This document shows, piece after piece, positions 27,535-37,224 of a stretch of 64,000 nucleotides of DNA. Position numbers and translations under genes: made by a program. The stretch lies in NCBI GenBank assembly GCA_019058495.1, contig JAHPYV010000002.1, positions 3,143-67,142 of the forward strand, in the 5' to 3' direction. The DNA is from Promethearchaeati archaeon (lineage in GTDB: Archaea > Asgardarchaeota > Atabeyarchaeia > Atabeyarchaeales > Atabeyarchaeaceae). The notes below the pieces were generated by a model. The model was not told the origin of the DNA. It saw only the letters and a list, made by a program, of their open reading frames with translations, and made no database searches. Numbering within the stretch: the first letter of the stretch is position 1; each line of letters begins with the position of its first letter.

Positions 27535-28122
27535 TTATCCTAAATAGTGATCAATAAACTTGCTGAACCCGCTGTTACCTACCAAGGCACTCATGAAGAA
27601 ACTGATGAGGATCATTTCAGCCCATGCCTTTACCACGATTGGGAGTAGGAAAAGAGCCCATCCTCCGGGAATGAAGAATGGAAGCATCACGGCGAAGAAG
27701 AAAATGGTGAATAAGGACTCTGGAATGTATCCGACGAGTACCACTGGAATCGCCAAGAGTGATGCTCTGTTGCTCTTGAGTATTCCTGAGAACTTGGCGA
27801 GTATACCAACTGTTAGACCAGTCAAACCTTTCCCAAACATCAATCCAAAGACTCCAAGAATGCCGAGTTGGCCTATTACGAATCCGTACATAATGCCAGG
27901 AACGAATCCAGCTATAAGTCCAGTAAGCCATCCAAGCCGCCATCCAGCATATAGGGCAACAATTGCGACCGCTAGATTGGATAGATCCCAAGCGACTTGC
28001 GACTGAATAAAGCCGATTGAGATTGAGATAAGTGCCAATACATTTCCCAGTGCACCCATGATCCCTACCAATGCTATCGACTTGGATCTCAGCACGGTTG
28101 TATCCTGCATCGCATGGCTCAC
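27535..28122 (-). CDS. polytopic membrane protein (ECF-transporter S-component-like)
   Basis: 195 aa with 5-6 hydrophobic, Gly-rich helices. The product call is tentative. Confidence 0.5.
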   Translation of the reverse strand: MSHAMQDTTVLRSKSIALVGIMGALGNVLALISISIGFIQSQVAWDLSNLAVAIVALYAGWRLGWLTGLIAGFVPGIMYGFVIGQLGILGVFGLMFGKGLTGLTVGILAKFSGILKSNRASLLAIPVVLVGYIPESLFTIFFFAVMLPFFIPGGWALFLLPIVVKAWAEMILISFFMSALVGNSGFSKFIDHYLG

Positions 28123-28166
28123 TGTCCAATGTCTTCGTTAAGTCCTGTATGGCGTTGAGAAATCGA

Positions 28167-28190
28167 CTATATAAAATATTAGTATATACT
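28167..28190. promoter_or_regulatory. A/T-rich double TATA region in divergent spacer (membrane protein / moaA)
   Basis: CTATATAAAATATTAGTATATACT, followed by the perfect palindrome GTTTCTGCAGAAAC at 28206-28219. Confidence 0.4.
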
Positions 28191-28389
28191 CAGATTTGAG
28201 TAGGCGTTTCTGCAGAAACCGTAATCAAGCTTCTGATCATCATTCATGCGGGGTTGCTTTCCAGTTCATCAGCGTTTCACATGATCAGAAATGCATTGTG
28301 TGATTAGAACGAACTTAGCAAATGTAATATGCCCTATGCTTTATTAGGAGAGGTCTGTCGAATGATCGATCCAACCTAGGACTCCAAAG

Positions 28390-29337
28390 GTGATGGCAAT
28401 GCTGACCGATAGTTACAAGAGGCAAGTCACGAACATTAGAATTTCTCTCACTCAACGTTGCAACCTCAACTGCATTTACTGCCATAAAGAAGGACACATC
28501 GGAGAATCGGATCGCGAACTATCTCCTATTGAGATAGAGCGCGTGATGAGAGTGGCTGCGTCACTTGGGGTCAATCGTGTGAAGTTGACTGGTGGTGAAC
28601 CAACTCTTCGCGAAGACCTAGTTGAAATAGTTGAAGGTATCGCATCGATTCCATCAATTGAAGAGATATCCATGACCACAAACGGAATTCTACTTGAGAA
28701 CCTCGCGTCTCGGTTGAAAGAAGCTGGCCTCAATAGAGTGAACGTGACAATAGACTCTTTGAAACATAGTATGTATTGCCAGATTACGGGACATGACTCG
28801 CTTGATTCTGCTTTGAGAGGCGTGAAGTCAGCTGTTTCTGCAGGTCTAACTCCGGTGAAAATCAACTTCGTAGTTCTCAATTCTGTGAATGACTCAGAGG
28901 TGCAGAGCCTAATCAGGTTTTCATCAGAGACAGGAGCTATCTTACAGCTCATCGAACTGGTTTCGAAAGATGATAACAACGAGTTCTACCAAAAATACCA
29001 CTATGATTTGAGAACAATAGAAGACCAACTTAGAAAAGATGCAACCAAGATTGTCGACAGGGTTATGAACAAGAGAAAGAAATATCTGCTTTCTAATGGG
29101 GCTGAGGTAGAGATCGTGAAACCCATGCACAATACTGAGTTCTGTTCGAACTGCCATCGAATACGACTTACCAGCGACGGCAAATTGAAGCCATGCCTGA
29201 TGAGAGAAGGAAACCTAGTCGACATACTCAGTCCCATAAGACAACGGGCTACAGATTCAAGGCTAGCCGAACTAATACGTCAGGCAGTAAGACTAAGAGA
29301 ACCATTTTACAAGTCGAGTTCGACCCGAACCTTTTGA
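28390..29337 (+). CDS. moaA: GTP 3',8-cyclase (molybdenum cofactor biosynthesis protein A)
   Basis: ISLTQRCNLNCIYCH radical-SAM motif, KLTGGEPTLR, and the C-terminal CSNCHRIRLTSDGKLKPCL auxiliary-cluster motif. Confidence 0.9.
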   Translation: MMAMLTDSYKRQVTNIRISLTQRCNLNCIYCHKEGHIGESDRELSPIEIERVMRVAASLGVNRVKLTGGEPTLREDLVEIVEGIASIPSIEEISMTTNGILLENLASRLKEAGLNRVNVTIDSLKHSMYCQITGHDSLDSALRGVKSAVSAGLTPVKINFVVLNSVNDSEVQSLIRFSSETGAILQLIELVSKDDNNEFYQKYHYDLRTIEDQLRKDATKIVDRVMNKRKKYLLSNGAEVEIVKPMHNTEFCSNCHRIRLTSDGKLKPCLMREGNLVDILSPIRQRATDSRLAELIRQAVRLREPFYKSSSTRTF

Positions 29338-29443
29338 AGATTGGTTCTCGATGTTCGCGTGCTGAAAAGTTTTAAAAGGCTAAGCCAACACTTCATTTCA
29401 CACTAATAACGACCAAAAGAAGACGCTTGGAGGTTCACTTGTT

Positions 29444-29635
29444 ATGCCAAGAAGAGGCGGCGGTGCGTTTAGCAGTAGGAAGAAGAGTCTCGTATTACTC
29501 TCGCGCGAGGAAGTCCTGGGAAAATACAGAATCATTGTAGTATCATGTCCCGACAAGCGCGGAGCTTCATGCATGATCACTTACGGCTCATGCAAAGCAA
29601 TCAATTGTCCGAAAGTCTTCAAGACCCCCCAATGA
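29444..29635 (+). CDS. small basic Cys-containing hypothetical protein
   Basis: 63-aa ORF followed by a hairpin at 29643-29672. No family recognised. Confidence 0.3.
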   Translation: MPRRGGGAFSSRKKSLVLLSREEVLGKYRIIVVSCPDKRGASCMITYGSCKAINCPKVFKTPQ

Positions 29636-29818
29636 TCTAGATGCTTTTTTGGGTAGCTCACTCCCCAAAAGCCTAACGGAAACTGTATTGAAGTTCATAC
29701 CTTGGCAATTGGGAATCAAAAGGCTAATTATGAGGGAAAGTTCTTAAAGACACAGTGAATTCTAAATTCGTCCCGTTGACAGATTTATTCTTGAAAACAG
29801 AGCCTGGCTGGTATTCAA

Positions 29819-30598
29819 ATGACGGGTGAACGTGTCTGGAGATACATAAACGACGTTCTAAACCGAGACCACATGATGCACCTAACCCTCATAGACCCCG
29901 ACCCACTTACGCTCACTCCTGAGAAGGCTGGGAAGATAGCCAAGTTAGCAGTAGATGCTGGCACTGATGGCATAATGGTTGGGGGATCTACGGCATTTGG
30001 TATACTTGATCAGACTGTCCAGGAAATCAAGTCAAATGTAAGTGTACCTGTAATACTATTTCCTGGCAACGTAAATGGACTGACCAAATACGCGGACGCT
30101 GTTTTCTTCATGAGCTTACTCAACTCGCGGAACACGTACTGGATAATTGGAGCTCAAATGCTTTCAGCTCCAGCCGCCAAAATGCTTGGCCTTGAAACAA
30201 TTTCCATGGCTTATCTCGTCGTGGAGCCAGGAGGATCAGCTGGCTGGGTAGGTGAAGCTCATCTTATACCTCGAGATAAACCAAAGATAGCTGCAGCTTA
30301 TGCTTTAGAAGCTGAAACAATAGGGTTCAAGCTCGTCTATTTGGAAGCTGGTAGCGGTGCTAGCACAGCCGTTCCGCCAGAGATGGTTAAGCTAGTTTCT
30401 AGCACAATCAGGATACCCATTGCAGTTGGTGGAGGTATTGTCGCGCCGGATCAAGCATTGGACATAGTGAAAGCAGGTGCCAAGATCGTAGTTCAGGGAA
30501 ACATCATCGAGAAGACAGTGCTATCAGATGGAGGAAGACTTCTTAAGACGATGATAACAAGAGTCAAAAGCGAGGCACAGAAGAAAAAAGCGCCGTAG
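29819..30598 (+). CDS. geranylgeranylglyceryl phosphate synthase (PcrB/GGGPS family)
   Basis: HLTLIDPD...GTDGIMVGGS...YLEAGSGA...AVGGGI motif series. Confidence 0.88.
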   Translation: MTGERVWRYINDVLNRDHMMHLTLIDPDPLTLTPEKAGKIAKLAVDAGTDGIMVGGSTAFGILDQTVQEIKSNVSVPVILFPGNVNGLTKYADAVFFMSLLNSRNTYWIIGAQMLSAPAAKMLGLETISMAYLVVEPGGSAGWVGEAHLIPRDKPKIAAAYALEAETIGFKLVYLEAGSGASTAVPPEMVKLVSSTIRIPIAVGGGIVAPDQALDIVKAGAKIVVQGNIIEKTVLSDGGRLLKTMITRVKSEAQKKKAP

Positions 30599-30632
30599 TC
30601 TGAGGAGCGCCTTTCCAGTTCGGCATCGGGTT

Positions 30633-31409
30633 CTAACTTATGTATTCAGGTTCGGAGCTTGATTTCTTCTGAGTCTTAACACCGTATGCCTCAAGAAGTT
30701 TCTCAATTGCCGAGGATAACTTCGCGGAGTCAATGTCCAATCGGAAACACGAGTTGAGAATATCAATGAGTGCTTTTGAAGCGCTTGGATCGCTGGGAAG
30801 TACCTGGCATGCCTCCGCTAATAGTATGCAACCTGGGATTCTGTAAATTCTATCTGTCAAACACGGTGTAACGCCGTTCATCCCAAATATGGTCCCCCCG
30901 TTCAGCATGGATGCGCCGTGTTTCACGAAGAAGTCTAGAAGAGACTTAGATGTTGAAGCGACATAGACTCTTGGGTTCAGGTTAATCGCAGCGGCCGGGG
31001 AAGCTGCAAGAGAGATCAGAGCCTTCACACCGAGGTTCTTGAGGCGCTCAACAATGAAGAGAGACAGTGTATTTATCCCCTCTCCATTTGTAGGCTGCCC
31101 GTCTCCTGTAATGAATACGATATCACGTTGTTTTCCTTTCCAAAGGTATGCGGATGTCTTTAGCGCGCTCATAAATCCCTTTTCATCGACCTTAACGTGG
31201 GGAAGCAGGTCATAAAAGTAGAAATCGTACATTTCCTTAGGCTTGAGTTCCTCTATGATGTAGTCAATTGCCGCCTTGCCGCACATGGCCACACCGGGCA
31301 TGCCTTGAATACAAATTGGTCTTTTCAGGTTAAATGACTTCTGGGTGGCGGCTTCTTTCTCAACTGTTACCACCTTGAATCCAGTTGAGAAGTAATCTTC
31401 TGTTTCCAT
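30633..31409 (-). CDS. PAC2-family (proteasome assembly chaperone-like) protein
   Basis: 258 aa. ICIQGMPGVAMCGKAAIDYIIEEL N-terminal pattern and overall PAC2/COG1938-like layout. Confidence 0.6.
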   Translation of the reverse strand: METEDYFSTGFKVVTVEKEAATQKSFNLKRPICIQGMPGVAMCGKAAIDYIIEELKPKEMYDFYFYDLLPHVKVDEKGFMSALKTSAYLWKGKQRDIVFITGDGQPTNGEGINTLSLFIVERLKNLGVKALISLAASPAAAINLNPRVYVASTSKSLLDFFVKHGASMLNGGTIFGMNGVTPCLTDRIYRIPGCILLAEACQVLPSDPSASKALIDILNSCFRLDIDSAKLSSAIEKLLEAYGVKTQKKSSSEPEYIS

Positions 31410-31528
31410 GTTTATCTCACTTCACGCATCCCACAATTACTGAGAAGCATAGTAATGCTTTTCTTGTTTTCGATCCTATCAACTTGTACGTCACCTGCAA
31501 TGCTTGGATTTGGAGTGGTTAATGATCT

Positions 31529-32134
31529 ATGACTAGAACAGGTGCTTTCATAGCATTAGATGGCATTGATGGATCAGGAAATACGACTCACTCTAAATTC
31601 CTAGCAGACTGGGTTGCCAAGTCGCTCAGACTGAACGTTCTCTTAACTAGCGAGCCCACAATTCAACCAATTGGACAACTGATGAGAAGGTATCTTAGGA
31701 AGCCAAACATCCCGAGTGCTACGGACGCCCTTCTATTCGCAGCTGACAGAGTCGAACACGTTGAAAGCGTTATAAAACCTGCCTTGGCAAGGGGTCAAGT
31801 TGTAATATCTGACAGATATTTGGAATCATCAATAGCTTACCAATCTTCCCAAGGTCTGCCTGTCGAATGGTTACTCTCTATAAACAAGCATGCTATTAAA
31901 CCATCCTTGAACATAATCCTCGAGATAGACCCGGAGAAGAGCCTGCTAAGGAAACCCAGACTGACCGATAAGTTCGAAGATGTCACCTTTCTAAGAAAAG
32001 TTCACAGAATGTTTCTAAGCAGGGCAAGAAGCGAGAACTACCCACTTGTTAGCACGAGTGGTACCCTCGAAGAAGCTCAAGAGAAAATCAGGAATATCGT
32101 GAAATCATTTCTCCGAGATTCCATCCTGAGATAA
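31529..32134 (+). CDS. tmk: thymidylate kinase
   Basis: P-loop ALDGIDGSGNTT and the DRY(L)ESSIAYQ region. Confidence 0.88.
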   Translation: MTRTGAFIALDGIDGSGNTTHSKFLADWVAKSLRLNVLLTSEPTIQPIGQLMRRYLRKPNIPSATDALLFAADRVEHVESVIKPALARGQVVISDRYLESSIAYQSSQGLPVEWLLSINKHAIKPSLNIILEIDPEKSLLRKPRLTDKFEDVTFLRKVHRMFLSRARSENYPLVSTSGTLEEAQEKIRNIVKSFLRDSILR

Positions 32135-32198
32135 GGAGGTATTCCACGGAGCTGGCGGCTTCACTGTGTGATAGATCAGGGATAGGAAGTGCTTACCT

Positions 32199-32588
32199 CT
32201 ATCTTTCACTCCTTTTGGCCAAAAGCAAGGAAATCTTCTGTGCAACTCCTTTTATCATGAGAAAGATCATTCCCAAGTTTGAATCACTTTTCGTCATGAC
32301 TGCCAGAAGCGCATCTTCACCAGCTCTTTTCAGGATGACGTAGCCTGTGTCGCCTTGTATCAATATCTGTTGAAGGTTTCCTCGAGACAACTCCTTCGCG
32401 GCTCTTTCGCCGACACCGAGAATGGCAGCTGACATTGCGGCAATTATAGCATCATCCACTCCCCTGGGCATAGCCGAGACTATCGGGAGGCCTTGGATAC
32501 TAACGAGCGCGCTGGCTTCTATGCCTGGTGTGCTGGCTTCCATAGACTTCAATATCTTCTGTATGTCGTCAACGGCGTCACTTGACAA
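32199..32588 (-). CDS. Roadblock/LC7 (MglB-like) domain protein
   Basis: 129 aa. GIEASALVSIQGLPIVS...AAMSAAILGVGERAAKEL...ILIQGDTGYVILKRAGEDALLAVM. Confidence 0.75.
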   Translation of the reverse strand: MSSDAVDDIQKILKSMEASTPGIEASALVSIQGLPIVSAMPRGVDDAIIAAMSAAILGVGERAAKELSRGNLQQILIQGDTGYVILKRAGEDALLAVMTKSDSNLGMIFLMIKGVAQKISLLLAKRSER

Positions 32589-32797
32589 ATCCCAACCATC
32601 CTCAAACCCCGTTCTTCCTTCGAATGAGAACTCCGATTGGATACTCCGGGAACATGTTACTCAAGATCGTGTGTGGCCATCCCTCTTTCTCCATAGTCTT
32701 GTAGCTCGCTGGTTGTGAGCTCCTCGTGGAAGAGGTAATCTTTAATACTGAGGGAGTTTCATGCTTCTCAGCATCCTAGCTATCTGATCTCAAGTCT

Positions 32798-32808
32798 AAT
32801 TTATAAAT
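32798..32808 (+). promoter_or_regulatory. TATA box upstream of map
   Basis: AATTTATAAAT ~45 nt upstream of the first ATG (32851). Confidence 0.4.
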
Positions 32809-32850
32809 GTGATTACAAAATGATATAACTATCCCTCTGCTCACGTAAGG

Positions 32851-33876
32851 ATGCATATTTCTATCATGATAATAATGTATCGATCATTAATGGAGGTCAG
32901 GAAACCCTTGAGCAAGACGACTCCGAAGTCTTCACAGGTAGTCAAGCCGAAGGATGATAAGGAACCTGCCAAGGAAGCGAAAAGGGAAGAGATACTCGCA
33001 AGCTATAGGAAAGCGGGAGCCATAGCCAAAGAGATTCGCGAAGCAGCAAAACCCTTGGTCAAAGCTGGAGTCCCCATAATTGAGCTATGCGAGAAAATTG
33101 AGACAATGATCATCGAGAAAGGTGGCAATTGGGCTTTTCCATGCAATATATCAATAAACAATCTCGCTGCCCATTACTCACCTCCCATAGGTGACAAGAC
33201 CTCCATAGGTGAAAAAGATGTCGTGAAAGTAGATTTTGGAGTACATGTGGATGGCTACATAGCTGACACAGCCTTCACGATAAGCCTCGACCCTGTATAC
33301 CAGAAACTCGTGGAGGCAGCGGAGAAAGGCGTGAAAGTGGCGATACAGAACATCAAAGGTGGAGCTGATACGCGAAGGATAGGCGCGTTGGTCGAAGTTG
33401 CAGTTAGAGAGATGGGATATAGACCGATCAAGGAACTCACAGGGCATCTTCTTGAACAATTTGAGGTCCACGGTTCAAAAACCATTCCAAGCGTCGGTTC
33501 AGTGGGTGGCTCAAAGCTTGAAGAAGGCGAATTCTACGCAGTCGAGACTTTCGCGACAACTGGTTCAGGAGGCGTCCACGATACGCCATATTGCTACATA
33601 TATAGAATGTTGCCGGTAAGATCTCCAATCAGGTTTGCAGGCTCAAGACAAATCATCTCGATCGTAGGAAAGAAATACAAGTCGCTCCCATTCACGGAAA
33701 GATGGCTCGCTAGGGAGGCGCCTAATATTTCATTGAAATTTGCACTCAAAGAACTCACTGGATCGGGTCTTCTCTACGAATACCATGTCCTTGCTGACAG
33801 GAAGGAAAGCATGGTTGCACAGGCTGAAGAGACAGTTCTAGTAAAGAAAGATGGCTGTGAGGTTCTAACCGCCTAG
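32851..33876 (+). CDS. map: methionine aminopeptidase, type 2, with Lys-rich N-terminal extension
   Basis: AAHYSP, DFGVHVDGYIADTA, HL..F.VHG and YAVETFATTG motifs. About 30-45 extra N-terminal residues rich in K/E/P. Confidence 0.9.
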   Translation: MHISIMIIMYRSLMEVRKPLSKTTPKSSQVVKPKDDKEPAKEAKREEILASYRKAGAIAKEIREAAKPLVKAGVPIIELCEKIETMIIEKGGNWAFPCNISINNLAAHYSPPIGDKTSIGEKDVVKVDFGVHVDGYIADTAFTISLDPVYQKLVEAAEKGVKVAIQNIKGGADTRRIGALVEVAVREMGYRPIKELTGHLLEQFEVHGSKTIPSVGSVGGSKLEEGEFYAVETFATTGSGGVHDTPYCYIYRMLPVRSPIRFAGSRQIISIVGKKYKSLPFTERWLAREAPNISLKFALKELTGSGLLYEYHVLADRKESMVAQAEETVLVKKDGCEVLTA

Positions 33877-34005
33877 GAACGCCTCTGCCTCTCTTCATTC
33901 TCAGTTAGCGAAAACAGTGAGAGAATCATTTCATCGTCAGAGATCCTCACCTGCAGCAAACATGCAAGGAGGGGTGCATCGATATCAATCGACCTAGCAG
34001 AAGAA

Positions 34006-35424
34006 ATGGCGCCTGAGTTAGTAGGCTACGCTTTGAAGCGGGGAGCCAAATATGCAGATGTGAGAGCCCAATTTGAGGAGAGCACTGGCTTCATTATGAG
34101 CGAAGGACTCGTAGAGGAAGGAGGCACTGCCTCGCTGGCCGGTATTGGGGTACGCGTCATCGTGGATGGTGCATGGGGATTCTGCTCCACGGATAACGCA
34201 ATTTCGAAAACTAGGGCAATGGAAACTGTTGATAGAGCATTGCAGCTTGCTTCTCGCAGCGCAGAAGGGTCGAAATATCCAGTAAGGATGGCTCCAACGA
34301 AGACAATTAATGCAAGAATATTATGCGATGATATTAATACCGCTCCAAGCGTGGAATCCATTTTTGACACCGTACTGGAACCAGCAAAAGAATGTGACAG
34401 GCGGGCAAGGTCGGTAGGAAAGGAAGTCCAGGCGTTTTCCCTATCCTTCACGGTTGGGAAATTTGTAGAAACCTTTGCCAACAGTGATAATTCACTCATC
34501 ACGCAATCATATTGCGGCTATCTCGGTACACTATATGTCGTGGCTTCCAGTCGGGGGATATTGGAATACTACCCATACGATTTCGGAGGTCTAGGGAGCT
34601 ATGATGAATTCCTGAACAAGGATCTTCCTCAACTGGCTGAGAGGATCGCTGAGAGGTCATGCCAAATCAGCAAATCCAGGAGCCTGCCCAGAACCGAATC
34701 CTTCAAAACAGTCATAATGGATCCTACTTTCACGGCATTATGGGTTCACGAAACAATAGGACATCCTCTAGAGGCCGACAGAGTACTTGGAGGCCAAGGG
34801 GATCCACAAAACGCGCCGTGGACATGCGCCGCCTTCGGAAACAAGGTTGCCAATGATCTTTTCAGTGTGATAGATGATCCGAGTATGAAGACTCCAGCAT
34901 GGTGCAAGTATGACAGTGAGGGGGTAGAGGCAAAGCAAAAACATCTGATCAGTAATGGCGTAATCAAGAGTTGCATTCACAACCGTGAAACCGCGGAAGC
35001 ATTCGAAGTCGAACCGAATGGCGGTGCGCGGTCCCCTTCATATCATTTCACACCAATGCCAAGAATGAGCAACACATACGTAGAGTCTGGAAGCTGGACT
35101 TTCGAAGAGATCATCGCTGACACAAAGGATGGAATCTACGTTGTAGGCGGCATGACCCCGATAGTAGATGGCAGAGCCGGTGAATGGAAGATTAGTGCGA
35201 AAGAGGCATATATTGTAGCAAAGGGCGAAATCACAGAAGGGCTTCGAGGCATCACTGTTTCAGAAGCAACGCCAGATTTCCTAATCTCATTGGACGCTAC
35301 AGGAAAAGAACCTCAGATCGTAGTTACCCCGGATTGCGGGAAGGGTAGCCCTATTCAAACTCTGCCCGTGGGAAACGGTGGACCAACAATACGCGGTAAA
35401 GCCTTTTTGAGAGGAGTTGCCTGA
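34006..35424 (+). CDS. tldD: TldD-family metalloprotease
   Basis: HETIGHPLEADR zinc motif, 472 aa, followed by the PmbA paralog. Confidence 0.88.
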   Translation: MAPELVGYALKRGAKYADVRAQFEESTGFIMSEGLVEEGGTASLAGIGVRVIVDGAWGFCSTDNAISKTRAMETVDRALQLASRSAEGSKYPVRMAPTKTINARILCDDINTAPSVESIFDTVLEPAKECDRRARSVGKEVQAFSLSFTVGKFVETFANSDNSLITQSYCGYLGTLYVVASSRGILEYYPYDFGGLGSYDEFLNKDLPQLAERIAERSCQISKSRSLPRTESFKTVIMDPTFTALWVHETIGHPLEADRVLGGQGDPQNAPWTCAAFGNKVANDLFSVIDDPSMKTPAWCKYDSEGVEAKQKHLISNGVIKSCIHNRETAEAFEVEPNGGARSPSYHFTPMPRMSNTYVESGSWTFEEIIADTKDGIYVVGGMTPIVDGRAGEWKISAKEAYIVAKGEITEGLRGITVSEATPDFLISLDATGKEPQIVVTPDCGKGSPIQTLPVGNGGPTIRGKAFLRGVA

Positions 35425-35429
35425 AGAAC

Positions 35430-36818
35430 TTGGAGAACTACAAGACCCTGATCTCACTGGCGTCCCATGAGAATGCTGAAACAGAGGTCTTCATACTGAA
35501 AAGGGATCTGAAGTCGATCCGTGTTTGTAGAAATGAGATTGTCGAAGCTCAGAACATTGTGGAAGAAGGCGTCGCAATAAGAGTCATAAAAGATGGTGGC
35601 ATAGGATTCTCAGTAACCAACAAGTTAGAATATGACCCGCTTGAAAGGGCATTGAAGCATGCCATGACAATGGCCAAGTCATCAACCAAGTCCTTCAATT
35701 GGGGTCACCTACCAGAAAGCAACGAACACTCACGACCACCACCTTCACTTCATCTGTCTGACAAGGAGCTTGCAGCTAGCTCACCTGAAGACGTCACCGA
35801 TCTTGCATTGCGAATGTTGAAACAGACAGCCTCGTATGATCAAACTACTTGTTCGATAACATGCGTTGTAATGGTTCTTTCCGAGGAATTCTCCATCCTC
35901 AATTCACATGGTTTAGAGCACTTATCAGAGCCCAATTCAGCTCTCCATTCACGTATCATCATCGAAGCCAAAAAGAACACGAGGTACTTTACTGCAGCGA
36001 AGCAATTCTTATCCCGCAGGCTATCCGAGTTTAGTCCTGAAGAAGAGGTTGCTCAAGTTATTTCCATGGCTGACGAAAGACTTCAGTTACCAAGTAAGAC
36101 CATTTCCAAAGGAAAGTGTGATGTAATTCTGGCACCAGAAGCAGCTGGCGCATTCATTTCATACCTGGTGAGTCCCATGATCGTTGGAAAATCAACTCAA
36201 CAGGGTGTCTCATGTTTCACAGACATGTTGGACGATAAAGTTGCTGCCAGCTCATTCTCGCTTATCGACAATGGAAGAGTCGAAGGTGGCTTAGGAAGCG
36301 CCATTGTTGATGATGAAGGAACGCCAAATAGGTCAACTGCAATAATCGAAAATGGTGTACTCAAAGGTTTTCTCTACGACATCCTCACAGCTTGTCAAAG
36401 TGGCACTGCTTCAACAGGTAATGCCAGGAGAGCATCTGACACTCTTGGAAGAACGTATCTAACCCCTCCTGAGCCTCTCCCGACCAACCTAATAGTGAGA
36501 AATGGAGATTATTACCCTGATGAACTTGTCGAGGAAACAAAGAAAGGTATTCTGATAGACTCACTCAACCATACTTTTCCTTTGGTTCCTGAACGAGGAT
36601 ATTTCACTATAATGAGTTCTTTTCCAGCGCTTATGGTTGAGAATGGGGAAATTGTGGGTCATGTCCATGATATAACAATCTCGGACGAGCTCAGAGAAGC
36701 TTTGATGAAGATAAGTGGCATTGGGAACCGCGCTCAACAATCACTCCACATAGGTTCTGTGGTAGCTATTACTCCTCACTTAAGAATGAGAGGCATGGCT
36801 GTTTCTCAAAAAGGTTAG
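35430..36818 (+). CDS. pmbA: PmbA/TldE-family protein
   Basis: 462-aa paralog lacking the HExxxH motif, adjacent to tldD. Confidence 0.8.
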   Translation: MENYKTLISLASHENAETEVFILKRDLKSIRVCRNEIVEAQNIVEEGVAIRVIKDGGIGFSVTNKLEYDPLERALKHAMTMAKSSTKSFNWGHLPESNEHSRPPPSLHLSDKELAASSPEDVTDLALRMLKQTASYDQTTCSITCVVMVLSEEFSILNSHGLEHLSEPNSALHSRIIIEAKKNTRYFTAAKQFLSRRLSEFSPEEEVAQVISMADERLQLPSKTISKGKCDVILAPEAAGAFISYLVSPMIVGKSTQQGVSCFTDMLDDKVAASSFSLIDNGRVEGGLGSAIVDDEGTPNRSTAIIENGVLKGFLYDILTACQSGTASTGNARRASDTLGRTYLTPPEPLPTNLIVRNGDYYPDELVEETKKGILIDSLNHTFPLVPERGYFTIMSSFPALMVENGEIVGHVHDITISDELREALMKISGIGNRAQQSLHIGSVVAITPHLRMRGMAVSQKG

Positions 36819-37224
36819 ATGGGAAGCTCCAGGTTTCCCGAATTCCCGTTGTCAACGAGGCAGGCTGTTGGATTCCATGTGAAGATCGTAAATGATCTTG
36901 GTATCTTTAACCCTCAAATCCGTTGAAACGCTGTTTTGCAGAGGAATTAGTATACACGGGAGGGCAGGAACAGGTCTTGATCAGTGTCTGAAGTGTTCGA
37001 TTGCTTCCTAATTTCACTACTTCTATGTGCAGAAATCGCACGATGATTGTATTCGCTGATACGCAATTAACCTTTATATAGCGATTTCCTCACTTTTTGC
37101 GCATATAAAACGATAAATTCCAAACTTCGCCAAATGTGATCCAGACATTCTGAAAACAGGTTGGGTTTGTCATCTCCTGTCTAAGTAATCTTGATGTGAA
37201 GAGTTCGGAGGTAGAAGTAGACAT

